Below are positions 11,101 to 22,917 of a stretch of DNA of 64,000 nucleotides, piece by piece. The notes beneath the pieces are model-generated. The model saw nothing but the letters and a program-made list of their open reading frames with translations, was not told where the DNA came from and searched no databases. Made by a program: the position numbers and the translations under genes. Where the stretch lies: assembly GCA_950097015.1 (NCBI GenBank), contig CATNEN010000001.1, positions 10,726,001 through 10,790,000 on the forward strand, in the 5' to 3' direction. This DNA is from Macrostomum hystrix. Lineage: Eukaryota > Animalia > Platyhelminthes. The number at the start of each line of letters is the position of its first letter. Positions within the stretch are counted from its first letter, which is position 1.

Positions 11101-14100
11101 CAGTGTGGCCGATCATGGTCCAGCGGGAGTCTCCTTGAGCAGCTCGTCCTCCTCAGACGGGGTCGGGCTGCAGACCTCCATGAGTAGCGGCGCGCCCGCA
11201 ACCGCTGTGGAGGGAACGGCGGGAATCGCTGCGGAGAGCTGCTGCTCTGACCGCTGCGTGTCCCGGCCGCTCCACCCAACAACGGTGCAGTCGCTGCCGT
11301 CACTCGACGCCTCGCCCTCGGGGGTCGGGTCCGTGTGGATGGCAGCCTCCTTCCGGTGAGGGGGATCCTCAGACCAGTCGGTGGCCACCGCTCCGTGGGT
11401 CCCGGCACTTTGCGGCTGGCTGGGAGGAAGGGAGGTTTGCGCTTTTGTAGCGCGGGAGCGCTCCAGGTGCTCTCTGAGCGCTCGGGCTTCGCTGAGCGCC
11501 CGCAAGACCAGGCCCGATTTGCGGTTGTTGCGGGCTGGTCTACGATCTCGGGGGCCGGATTCGGCGATGCGGATATTTTTGCCCGGGCGGGGGTCCGCGG
11601 ACGTTGCATGCCGCTTAGCTGGCGGAGCTTTCGCCCCAGAGCCAGGAGCGGCCCGCTTATTTTCCGATCCCTCCCCGGCCTTCCTCTCCTGACAATCCAG
11701 GATGGTCAGCGGGTAGAGTCCCGGTTTGATTACGCTCTTGTGAGGGATCCTTTTGGACCAGGCTTCGGAGAAGCCGTAGATCGCCGTGAAACCCTCCGCT
11801 TCTTTGCGGACGGTTTCGTGGCAGATCAGCCCGGAGGCTGGGAGGTCCGGGTTCATCTTCAGCAGCAGCTGCCGAAGTTGGTCCCCGGACCGGATTGAGC
11901 AGGCGTCGGGGACCCAGACACGATGACGTCGGGTCCGTGGACGCTCGGACTCGGTGGTGCACCTCAGTCTTCCGACATCGGTGCCCCACTTGAAGTCTTT
12001 GATCCGATCGCGCAGTAGGCGGCTATCCCCCGCCGATTTGCACCAGAGGAGGACAGCCCCCTCCTGCGCTTCGGACCTGACAACGCTGACTGGTGTCCCT
12101 GCCAGTGCCAGGTCCGTGAGGCCCTCGTCGATGGTCCTGAGCATGCTTTTGAGCTGCTCGTTTGAGAGGTCCTGTTCCTCGCCGACCACAATGATCGCCG
12201 GCTGGACAGGCTCCCGCTTGGCTTTGGAGGCATAGGTCTCCTTGGCCTTGCTGGCGTTGGACGTGCCGGCCTTGTGGGTGGTGGTGGCCGTGATGGCGGT
12301 GGGGGCGGCGGCTCCAGATGGCCCTGCTGCGCCTTCCACGCTCTTTCCGTCGGCGTCGGTGCCGGCCTTGGAGATGGTGCTGGCCGGAGCGGCGGTGGGG
12401 GGGGGGCGGCGGATCCAGGTGGCCCTGCCGCATCTTTCGCACCCGCCTCGTGTGCATGTGTCGGGCGCCCACCAGTCGCGGCCGCCGCAGCATTACGGCG
12501 GCGTTCGTTGCGCTTCTGGTTGCGCCTTACACGCGCTTCCTCCGAGCGCTTGCGGCTCGGGTTGCGTTTATTCTGGTCGACGATTTCAGTGGCGGGATTC
12601 TCAGTCCCACCAGCTGCACCGAGGACGTGGGACCTGCCAGTGGCAGCGTCCGGAGCGGCCGAGTTTAGCTCGGTTTCGAAAGAAGAGATGGGCGAGGCCA
12701 TGGCTGAAAAGCAGGTGGGGGGCTGCTCGTTACACGAGTGAGAAAAGCCCGACTGGCCGACACCCCAAGCCAGCCGGGAGCAGCAAAAAGGCACCGTTAG
12801 CGGCTGGAATACTCCCCAACCAAAGCGCGGACTGAAGTCCGGCAAAGCCCAGCAGCACGGATGCACTGGGGACATTAGAGGGTACCAAAAGGCCGGTACC
12901 GAGGCCTGCGGACTGGCCGCATACCCTGTTAGGGTCAAAGGGTAGTACCATTTCCTCAGAGCCGTAGCCAGAGGTACCTGATCACGCACAGGTGCACGAA
13001 GCTGCGGACTGGCCGCATACCCTGTTAAGGTCAGAGGGTAACACCATTTCCTCAGAGCCGTAGCCAGAGGTACCTGATCACGCACAGGTGCACGAAGCTG
13101 CGGACTGGCCGCATACCCTGTTAAGGTCAAAGGGTGACACCTTTCCCTCAGAGCCGTAGCCAGAGGTACCTGATCACGCACAGGTGCACGAAGCTGCGGA
13201 CTGGCCGCATACCCTGTTAAGGTCAAAGGGTGACACCTTTCCCTCAGAGCCGTAGCCAGAGGTACCTGATCACGCACAGGTGCACGAAAACTGCGGACTG
13301 GCCGCATACCCTGTTAAGGTCAATGGGTGACACCTTTCCCTCAGAGCCGTAGCCAGAGGTACCTGATCACGCACAGGTGCACGAACGTTGCGGACTGGCC
13401 GCATACCCTGTTAAGGTCAAAGGGTGGCACCTTTCCCTCCAGCCGGGGCTAGAGGTACCCAGTTTGGCCAGAGGCCCTGGATGGGTCATCCAGCGCTGTT
13501 GCCCATTCTGTCCGGCTGCCCTAGGGGCAGCCTTGAACACTCGCGGGGCGTGTACCCATGGGTCAGCTGACGGGACAGCGTGGAGGGATTCCTGCACCCG
13601 AAGGCACAGGTCTCCTTCCTGCCAAGCCTGCTCAAAAAGCGACTGCAGGTGTGAGGCATCGCAGACCTTAGCCCGTGGGCCTGGTCTGACTCATACCTCA
13701 CAGGCACTGTGTCCCGCCGGTGCGAGCCTAGAAGCGGTGGGCCGAACTCCAGCGGGCCTAGAAGCGGCGGGCCGAACTCCAGCGGGCCTAGAAGCGGCGG
13801 GCCGAACTCCAGCGGGCCTAGAGGCGGTGGGCCTAGTGGCGGCGGGCCGAACTCCAGCGGGCCTAGAAGCGGTGGGCCGAACTCCAGCGGGCCTAGAAGC
13901 GGTGGGCCTAGTGGCGGCGGGCCGAACTCCAGCGGGCCTAGAGGCGGTGGGCCTAGTGGCGGCGGGCCGAACTCCAGCGGGCCTAGAAGCGGTGGGCCGA
14001 ACTCCAGCGGGCCTAGAAGCGGCGGGCCGAACTCCAGCGGGCCTAGAAGCGGCGGGCCGAACTCCAGCGGGCCTAGAGGCGGTGGGCCTAGTGGCGTCGG

Positions 14101-14713
14101 GCCGAACTCCAGCGGGCCTAGAGGCGGCGGGCCGAACTCCAGCGGGCCTAGAGGCGGCGGGCCGAACTCCAGCGGGCCTAGAAGCGGTGGGCCTAGTGGC
14201 GGCGGGCCGAACTCCAGCGGGCCTAGAAGCGGTGGGCCTAGTGGCGGCGGGCCGAACTCCAGCGGGCCTAGAGGCGGTGGGCCTAGTGGCGGCGGGCCGA
14301 ACTCCAGCGGGCCTAGAAGCGGTGGGCCGAACTCCAGCGGGCCTAGAAGCGGCGGGCCGAACTCCAGCGGGCCTAGAAGCGGCGGGCCGAACTCCAGCGG
14401 GCCTAGAGGCGGTGGGCCTAGTGGCGTCGGGCCGAACTCCAGCGGGCCTAGAGGCGGCGGGCCGAACTCCAGCGGGCCTAGAGGCGGCGGGCCGAACTCC
14501 AGCGGGCCTAGAAGCGGCGGGCCGAACTCCAGCGGGCCTGAAAGCGGTGGGCCGAACTCCGGTGGACCAGGAAGCGGCGGGCCTAGAGGCGGCGGGCCGA
14601 ACTCCAGCGGGCCTAGAAGCGGCGGGCCTGAAAGCGGTGGGCCGACAAGGGATGGGGATTTAGCTAATAATGTTTTGTATGAAGATGGAGAACTTTTTGT
14701 TCTTGCTGATTAA
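5166..14713 (+). CDS. Transposon accessory gene: HMG-box-like N-terminus plus Gly/Ser/Pro/Arg repeat tail (~664 aa without the LINE), interrupted by LINE
   Basis: Phase-consistent GT-AG exons 5166-5214, 5507-5619, 5907-5994, 6216-6365, 6690-7306 + 13736-14713. Translation: [43 protein letters not shown]...[14 protein letters not shown]...PIVF...([10 protein letters not shown])n...[12 protein letters not shown]. 'TAYSSF.QE.K...LAARFKSL...E+Q' resembles HMG-box helices. Confidence 0.75.
6785..7306 (+). repeat. Coding minisatellite (30/45-bp units), left part
   Basis: GGGCCGAACTCCAGCGGGCCTAGAAGCGGC units encoding [10 protein letters not shown] / GPSGG. Confidence 0.95.
7420..11116 (-). CDS. LINE ORF2: AP endonuclease, reverse transcriptase, RNase H, zinc knuckle (one frameshift near 10990)
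   Basis: N-terminal LQVNLQH..LVQEPW lies in ORF 10856..11116. ORF 7420..11037 has [46 protein letters not shown] and [14 protein letters not shown]. The ATG at 11116 overlaps the ORF1 stop (ATGA). Confidence 0.92.
11113..12701 (-). CDS. LINE ORF1 (gag-like), frameshifted at the G10 run 12397-12406
   Basis: Likely starts [12 protein letters not shown] at 12701 (in ORF 11964..13307) and continues in the 408-aa ORF 11113..12339 after a homopolymer slip. Lies directly upstream of ORF2. Confidence 0.7.
12906..13440 (-). repeat. ~5.5 x 96-bp tandem repeat in LINE 5' UTR
   Basis: Unit starts at 12906, 13002, 13098, 13194, 13291 and ~13388. Confidence 0.95.
13726..14645 (+). repeat. Coding minisatellite, right part
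   Basis: Same units as 6785-7306, in frame with them once the LINE and one TSD are removed. Confidence 0.95.
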
Positions 14714-17001
14714 TTATGCTTCTTAACATGGCGCGCAGCACAAAGTTATTTCGCAATATATATTTTACTGCAAAGTAGTTTGAGTGCTTTGAAACATGGT
14801 CTTGCTGTTTTGTATTAGATAATTTGTGATTTGATGATTTGTACGAGCTATGTAGAACTTTTTGTTTTTACTGATTAATTTTGCTCGTTTCGGGTGGGTG
14901 CGGTGGGTGGTAATTGAGGGTGGGTGCCGGGTCCCCTCAGTCCATGGACTGAACAGCCGTTCGCAGCCTTCAGGTGCGCCGCGCAGTAGCTGCCAGCTGT
15001 GCTGTCGGATGCACATGTGGCAAGATTGGGACAGGCGTAATCGATTATTATTAAAAATATTATTATCATCGTAGTGCGAGTGCACACAAAGTCTTGCACT
15101 TTTGAATCCACCACCAAAAATTAAAACGGCAATATTGTTTTCGTGACCTAGACAAGGCACGCAATTTATGTTATCAATGTTTGAACAGAATGTGCAGCTG
15201 AAGAGAATTAAAAAAAATGCTTCCTGTTTTCCACTTCTTTCAAGTACAAACTAAAAAACTGTCGAGGCAGATTGAGAGGCGGCGGATAGCAGTACATGTG
15301 CCACGGATGGTCGTATGCGACCGGCCAAATTGTCGACCAACTGCACGGATCGTAAACGAGTATACTGGGCAGCGGCAGCTTTAATAATCCAACTCTCCCT
15401 CACCCCAACCAAAGGCTTAGCACCTTGCGCGTTGTGCGAATTGCGCAAGTTACAATACTGCGGAGAGGGAAATGGATCACTAGTTGGGATGAGTGAGTTA
15501 TTCAGGGTGGACACGCGCAGGTTTCAATTGCGCAAGTTGTGATAGGAGGGAGAAATTGCTCACTTGCTCATGTGAACACTTTTCAATGTCCAATAGTGTA
15601 ACACTGACAATATCAAAGCGTAGCTTTTAACAGATATTAAGGGATAACTCTGATATCATAGCCTAGCACTGGTAGTAGGTTAGTTTTAGGGTAGATTGTA
15701 CAGATTCGATTTTAGGATATTGGGATTTAGGGAAGTGCTTAGAAGATAAAAACATTTACGTGGGGAAGTTTTAGTGACAATCGTATACTAAAATAGTTGC
15801 TTACAAAAATAGTAGGGGCATTAAAACAGTAAACGCTTATTCTTCCTTTTAATAATATACTTTATCGATACTCACGGCTGCATCTTATTCGTCCGTCCGT
15901 TATTTATAAGATCGGAGGTTTTGTCTGCACATCTGTTCTCGAGATGTCGGTTTTCGAGCAGTCAGATTTTTTTACATTTTCCATGAAATTAGGTAAAGAG
16001 AAGGTAAATTCCTAAGGTGAGTTCTGTACCGCTGGCTTAGCCGACCAACACCTAGAATCATGCTGATGATGCGTTCCTTGATACACAAACAACCATGAGC
16101 TGTAAACTTTGGCACGAGGACCATTAGTAAAAGGGATGTTACACTACTCATAAGCATAAAAGTATATGAAAAAATGAAATGCCGCCTTCGGCAAAACCGG
16201 GCGACCAGACTTGGGGTAAACCCCGAACCCGGAACCCGACCCGGACCCAAAAACCGACCCGACCCCGAACTTTACCCGACTATCTCCTGGACTTGGAGTG
16301 ATGGCTAAGAAGAGTACTTGTCTTAAAATACCGCCTTTTCCTTTTTCTACTTTTCTATTGTTAACTCTTCTCCCCCACTATCACTACACTACTCGACTCC
16401 TCGGACAGTCGTACTCTTCACTTTACCCTCTACTCCTGAAAGCCTCAGGCAGGTTTGTATGTTAAAAATTCAGATTTAAGTTGCTGACGTGGGATTACAT
16501 AGCTAACGAAGTAAAAAGAAAACATAATTAAAGACCATTTAAAGACATAATGCAGAATTAGGATGAGCTGTTTAGACTTTAGAAATATGTATATCTATAT
16601 GTATGTATTATAATTCAAGGCCTAAAATTCGTAGAATGATTTATATACATTAGAATGACTAAGGCATCACGATTATTAATTCATTAGTGCAGTGCAAATT
16701 ACGCCAGTTCAGTTTAAGAAAAAAATATTTTTGAAATGGCGCGATTTCGAAAGACGCTTTATCACGTAATAAGGCAATACTTAAATAAAACTGATAATAA
16801 TAAAAACACCGGAAACCTGAACCCGGTACCAAAACCCGACCCGAAAACCCGAACCCGAACACCCAACCCCGAACCTCGAACCCGACCCGGACATCTACAC
16901 CCGAACCCGGTACCAAAACCAAGAGCAAGAAAACTGAGAAACTTCAATTCTAGACTTCATTTGCTTTCAAAGACTATAGTCTGAAGCTACATGTATACTG
17001 C

Positions 17002-17370
17002 ATACGAGGGGGTTAAAAAGTTTTGCCGTTGACTACTTTGAGAAGCCACTTCTACTCTTCGAGAAGAAGCTAAAAGTTTGGGGAATCAAAGGTTCGGATC
17101 CATGCACCCATGAAAGCTCGTCGAGAGGCATTTCTAGAAGGCAATGCGCATGACACTTGTTCTGCGACCGCACTGGACCCCTTACGATCGAGCTTATGCA
17201 GGAGCCTGACACAAGCATCAATTCTGATCGCTACATGTACATGTACTGAAGGATGCATGACATTCAAAACAAGCGTCACAGAGACACCAAGCCCTTCATT
17301 CTCCATCACGATAATGCAATAACACACACTGCTCAGAAGACCACTGAGGCTGTCACAAGGCTCAAACCTT
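17002..17370 (+). mobile_element. Mariner remnant (TIR-like start and transposase fragment)
   Basis: TACGAGGGGGTTAAAAAGTTTTG mariner-type terminus. FILHHDNAITHTAQKT matches the mariner HDNARPH motif. Confidence 0.65.
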
Positions 17371-19042
17371 CTGCCACACCCGCCATACTCGGCCAATTAG
17401 CTTTGCTCGACTGGCTCACTACAGTCTGCAGCAGCAAGCACCAGGACGCAGGTGTCGAGCGGCGCTTCGTGCCGCCCTTCCTGCGTTCCTCCCGTACATG
17501 TACTTTTGTGTCTCAACCCCTTGCCCAGTGTATTTGCAATTACCCCCACCAGCCCAATCCGGTTCTCCGGTTTGTCTGGCCCTCGGCTTAGCCAGGCAGG
17601 CCGCTGATTGGCTGCAAACACTTATTTTCTCGACGCTCTAATTCTCTTCTTCGCCTCTCGGCTCTACTGCAGCCTGCCCCAACCCCAACACCCAACTCGG
17701 GGTGGCTAAGCCCCACTCCTCCCCTTCTCACCTCCATGGATGCGAGGCTGGTGCGAGCCAATTTTGCGTCTGCCACCCCCTGGCAATGTCATTGGCTGGA
17801 GGGCGCAGCCCGGCCCCGCCCCTGCTCTGATTCTCTCGCCCCTCCCCGCCACTATTTATTTGTGCGCTCCGCTCGCCATGCCATAACGCGCTCTCGACCG
17901 CCCTACCCTGCTTAATTGCTCCGGAAAACTTGGTTTGACGCGCGGTCTCTTACTCCGACGAATCAAATCGATTACCTAAGATCAGATTTTGACACTTAGA
18001 AGAACCACACAGTGCATTGCGGTGAGCGCAGGCACAGAGCAGAGGATTGCCAATAATACTGAGCAGTCAGCGCGTGCACGACCTGCACTACTAGCCCGAG
18101 ACGCGATTTATGAGCTCCCGGTAAGATTCGACTTTCCGCGTTTATTATTTCACCTGGTTGTTCTCATTGCTCGAGCGTCTTCGGTTATTTACGTTACGTT
18201 CGATGGAGTCCGAGTGGCCGTCTGCTCACTCGACACTTTTATTATCCGTTATTTCGATCATTATTGTCTGCAAAGTGTCCGTACGCCTCCAGGCTTTTGC
18301 TTACCCTAACACTCTGTAGTGCACAAGACCGACTGCAGGTGAGATGGCCAGGCAGATGCTGAGGTTCTGACCGCGCTGACCATTCACAGTCGCATTGGTT
18401 CTGTCCGATTGAGATGTCCAACCCAGCAGAAATTGCAGAAATTGCTTGCAAACTTGCCTAACTAGCATGCAAAAAGGTACGGTATAGTCGAACTCCACAG
18501 CTTAATTACAGTGAATGAGACTAGGCAAATATGCATTTACGTGTCAATTCCGATATTCATGGTAGATCGGCTACTGCTAGTAGTTAAGCAGAATTATGAA
18601 AAAAACGAAGGCGCATTAACACTGCCTTTTAGGGTTTGACATTTGGTTTGTTGTTACTTTTTAGCAAAGTAACTGCGACCATATCCAATCAATTTTCAAA
18701 ATGGACGCGAATTCTCGCTTCTCTCGCCACTGTGGCATAAGAATTGTGCTCAAAGTAACAATTATTATTAACTAAATCGCAGCACTGAAAACAAAAGTAA
18801 TAAAATAGCGCGCTAGTGAGTAGATTCACAAAGTTGTTTTGATGTAAATCCACAGTCAGCAAGAAATACAAGAAATACAATTTTCCGTATTAAGGAAGAT
18901 TGTACTGCAACAATATAAATGGGAACTGTAGGAAGTAATTGTGCACACCAATAACACATCGAAAAAATTTCTTCTGTTGCAGTTAAATGAGTTAGAAAAT
19001 AACAGAAAGAAAAAAACTTTTATCTTGCACGACACCGTAAAA

Positions 19043-22000
19043 TCAATGCATTTGTGCGATCACATCAACGCATTGAAACCGCAGGTCTTCAAGGACATGG
19101 CGACAATGGGAAAGCAAGCCTGTTTTGCCTTGTAACGACTCGATTTCTTGATAGAGCCGTAACTGCAGACGCGAAGCTTCTTCGCGGATCAGATTTTTCT
19201 CCTCACCTATTCGGGAAAATAGAGACGAAGCTTCGATCATGAGAAGACGATACCGTGCAGCAGGTTCAGATAGAGACACGCCGCAGTAGACATCGGCCGT
19301 TGGATTGTAATATGTGGCCAGAGGTTCCCGTGAAAATTGTGGCAGATCCTTGGACCAAATGGCCGCCATTTCGCGCTGAACAACAGACAATCGCGCGATG
19401 TACACCTTGGCGTCGCTTTGTGCACTGCATTGGCGAAGGCTTGCATACAAGCGCAGCCGCTCAACAGCTCCGCACCGAAGGCGCTCTAATGGAGTCAGCG
19501 GAGAGGATTCTTCTTCAACTAAATACTCCTGAAGGTGCAGCTGTCCTCGTAGAAATAGCTGGTGCGGCTCACGATCTGAAAAATATGATTTCATTGCACG
19601 ACTGTTTTATTGCTTTACTCACGCGAGACAACCGCAATTAAGGCAGTGTGTTACCTTCTGGAAGCAATTTCTGCAAGAGACTGGTCAGAGACGCCGAGTG
19701 CCTGCGCAGCAAACGAAGTCTGTTTTGCAGCCATTTCCCTGGAGTGGAGGAAGTTGAAAAAAATTCTTTCAATAAATCGGCGCCCATAAATGATAACCGC
19801 CATCGAATAACTGAATAAATGACATCCATTTTTAATACATTTGCTGTCAAAAGTTGAGGATATATACATTTTCAACCTTTAAACTGAGAAAATATGCGAC
19901 AGAGAACAGAGAGATAGCATTAAAGTAAAAGGACAAAAAATCAAACACTGACCACATTCCAGTAAGTGACTGACATTCGAACGCCAAATGTAATGAGCTA
20001 GAGTGTAAGTGCGGTGGTCAATGCGCATCTCCTTTAACTGTGGGCCGTATGGTCGGAACGATGAATTCAACCTCTCACAGTGTTCGCCATCGGTTAGGCC
20101 GCAGCCTTCAACGAATCTAACTGAGTTTTTTAGCTGAAATATGAAATAATAGGAATGATATGTGGCAAAAAATATAATGTACAATCAAAACTATTTTCTT
20201 TCTTGTTTTGGTACGAACAAATGTAATACGAAATTTATAAATGAGACACAAAATACATACTCGGCAGGATGTCTTGTGAGCGAATGCATGAAAGGCGTTT
20301 ACAGCAGGAACAATGGTTACATATGGATAGTCAGCCGCGATCTGCTGCAATCGACGGAACATCTTGCAGGCAATGTCATAGACAAAGATGACTACCCCAT
20401 TTACGCCACTTGCTTCCAAGAAGTATCGAAGACATTGTTCAGCGTATAAAAGGCGTTCTCCTGGCGATCGGATGTCAGCGCATGAAACTATAATTGAGTG
20501 GCGACAGGAGAGCATGAAGAGTCCGTTAACATCAAGGGCTCTTGAAGAAATTCTCCGAGTGACTGAGCCAGCTTGAAAATTCGAACACGAAGCAGTATCT
20601 TCGCCAGCTTCCTTGGGATCGACATCAACATGAATAAAAGGTGCCGGAAGACGACCATCGAGTGGTGATGGACACAGCTGCTGACCAGCCCGGCGTCTGT
20701 GACGCAAACCCATGCACCCATCTCCTGTGACGATTTTTGTGGACGGCAACGAACCTGGAGTGTTCTGAATAATTTGACGGATCCGCGATTTAAATTTTAC
20801 AACAATTATTGATTCGTGTATACATGCGAATGCTTGCATTTTAGTAAATTTCAACAGTGATCTAATTAAGAGCAGCAATTTAGAAATTAGACACCGTAGC
20901 TGGGGTAGCAAATTTTAGACACAATGTGCACTTCGTCTATCGTCTTTCCTAAGGAAAACCTGCTCAATTTCGAAAAACAGTAGCAAGTTATTACTCACAG
21001 CATCTGGACACAACAAGCAACCGGTCGGCCAAGGAAGCACATCGCGAAGAAGTTGCCTATATCTTTTAAGCACATCGTTTCGACGAAGAGCATCGTATAA
21101 ATGCAGCCATGTCTGGAAACGAAAATGTTTTTCCAATTGTTATCGGCTTTGAGTTTGTTGGTAAAACGCTCTATACTTAACCATATTTATATTTTAAGAT
21201 ACTATCCCATTTTTAGTATATAGGACTAGAAGATACAAGTTTTTTATAACTTACGCGCTGTCGACCCTCAGTGATATTATCAAACGTAAGCAAGCAGCGC
21301 ACAGCTCGTAGAAGTGACATCTTTCCGTCGGATGTGAGACAATCGAGCATATCCAGAAGTCTCTTGTGAATGAATTTGTCGGAACTAACTTTTGTAACAG
21401 GAAAGTAGCCCGCAATAAGCATAGCATCGTTAATAGAACATTCCGCACAAAGATGAACTGACACAAAGATGCGATCTAAAATGATATTGCCCCAGAATGT
21501 AAATACGTAAAACAATGTTAATACGGGTAGCACCATCGCAATACAAAGCAAATGTTAAAAATTACGTACGACCAAGATGGTCGTATACATTAGCAGACGT
21601 GCTACTATGTAAATCCTCTCGGGAATTAACACAGCAATGAATGACAGGCCGCTCAGCAGGAGTAGAGTCTTGGTACATCTCTCCCTATAATGAGTTTGAA
21701 GAGTAAACGAAAGTCACATCCACGACATAAGAAGATGCACTTTCATATGAAGTTATGAACAGTCAACTTACATTCCACTCGGTAAATTTGTGCACCAGAA
21801 AGGTGCCATGCGTATCTTTCATACAATCCGAGCAGAATTTGCTGGCGCATGTAGTACAATATACGAAACCATCATTCATGCAGCGGCAGCACGGCTGTAG
21901 AATAAATTGCTTTAGACAAGCAGACGACTGCTGCTCAATAACTGGTTCTTCTCGCTCCCAGTCCTGTAGAGGCTGCTGCAACTTTGGTGATGCTGCCACG

Positions 22001-22197
22001 GAATCTACGACGTCCCAGTCCCTTTCTGCATGATCTGATACATGATCTGCTACAGAATGCTGAGAAGCTGCGGATTCCTGACTGCTTTGAGTAGTTTGCC
22101 GGTTAAAGTTGGCTCTAGCGACATTATAGGGCAGAAAGAGTGAACCACGGCCGCGGCGCCGCGATACTCGGATGCCAAGATTTACTGAACGAGGAAA
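19043..22197 (-). CDS. KDZ transposase (Kyakuja/Dileera-like), 8 exons, open, >=724 aa, first coding exon not located
   Basis: Phase-consistent exons 22197-21772, 21684-21573, 21475-21255, 21112-20999, 20764-20261, 20133-19953, 19738-19655, 19575-19043. Motifs: N-terminal Cys cluster CCRC..CTTC..CSDC..H..H, GCLLCP, TGDGC, CSNFQAG, GLFMLSCRH, GER..Y, YDIACK, FHAFAH..SC, GCGLTDGEHCER. Confidence 0.9.
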
Positions 22198-22254
22198 CTG
22201 AAATAAAATAAAGCATAAGAAAACTACAGTAAGGAAAAAGGAACAAAGTAGTGC

Positions 22255-22572
22255 TACAGCAGGGCAGGGGCTGGTGGTGGGGCAGGGGCAGGACTACTGC
22301 AGGGTTTGGGCAGGGGATGGGACTGGGCAGGGGCAGGGGGTTTGGGGCAGGGGCAGGGACAGGGGGTTGGGGCAGGGGCAGGGGGTTGGGGCAGGGGCAG
22401 GGACAGGGGGTTGGGGCAGGGGCAGGGACAGGGGGTCGGGGCTGGAGCAGGGGCAGCGGCTGAGGCTGGGTCTAGGGCAGGGGTAGGGCATCGGTAGAGG
22501 CAAGGGGTGGGGTAGGGGCCAGACAAGGGCAGTGCGAAAGTTGGACAGGGGCAGGGGCAGGGGCAGAGCAGG
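22255..22572 (+). repeat. G-rich (GGGGCA/GGGGGTT) repeat upstream of the transposase
   Basis: Dense GGGG runs. The ORFs here are low-complexity artefacts. Confidence 0.85.
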
Positions 22573-22917
22573 GTCCGTGTCATATAAAGGGAACATAATA
22601 AATGACTTCGTTAAATCCAGCTTTATAGGCCACAGCTTGTAGTATATAAATATAACCTTCTAGCTAGTGGTTGGTATAGCTACCCTGGTAAGGTTGGCAG
22701 GTTGCTCATAACTGGAGATTTATCTTAATTTAAGTAATTAAATGAAATATGAATTGTATCTCATTTGTCATATAATAGTTTAGGAAATCAAATAGATATA
22801 GCCTTATTTAATCACTTCGAAATAGTGCCTCGGTTAGCAATATAAAATCATAAACCAAGTTTAATAAATTATTCTTTATAATAAATTATAAAGAAAAAAA
22901 GTATTCTTGTATAAATA

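Larger units (their letters stand above)
7307..13725 (-). mobile_element. Full-length non-LTR retrotransposon, Loa/Lian-like (R1 group), 6.4 kb
   Basis: ORF1 plus ORF2 (APE, RT, RNase H, CCHC). 3' tail TAAGTCAAGTAAGTCAA. 10-bp TSD GCCTAGAAGC at 7297-7306 and 13726-13735. Confidence 0.9.

Noticed and set aside
7564-12835. Many + strand ORFs over the LINE
   Set aside because: Antisense shadows of GC-rich ORF1 and ORF2.
12975-13390. Hammerhead ribozyme in the 96-bp monomers (CTGATCA...CGAA)
   Set aside because: Core deviates from CUGANGA/GAAA, lies antisense to the LINE, and stems I and III do not form.
14765-15160. TET/JBP gene suggested by HSHYD (HxD) in a minus-strand ORF inside the KDZ element
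   Set aside because: No downstream His/Arg motifs or dioxygenase strand pattern. AT-rich low-complexity context.
16210-16925. ACCCGA-rich clusters as ends of a hAT-like MITE
   Set aside because: Both clusters are in the same orientation, and no TIR or TSD could be defined.
22254-22596. Cys/Pro-rich ORFs as the first transposase exon
   Set aside because: They derive from the GGGGCA repeat and no convincing in-phase donor to 22197 was found.
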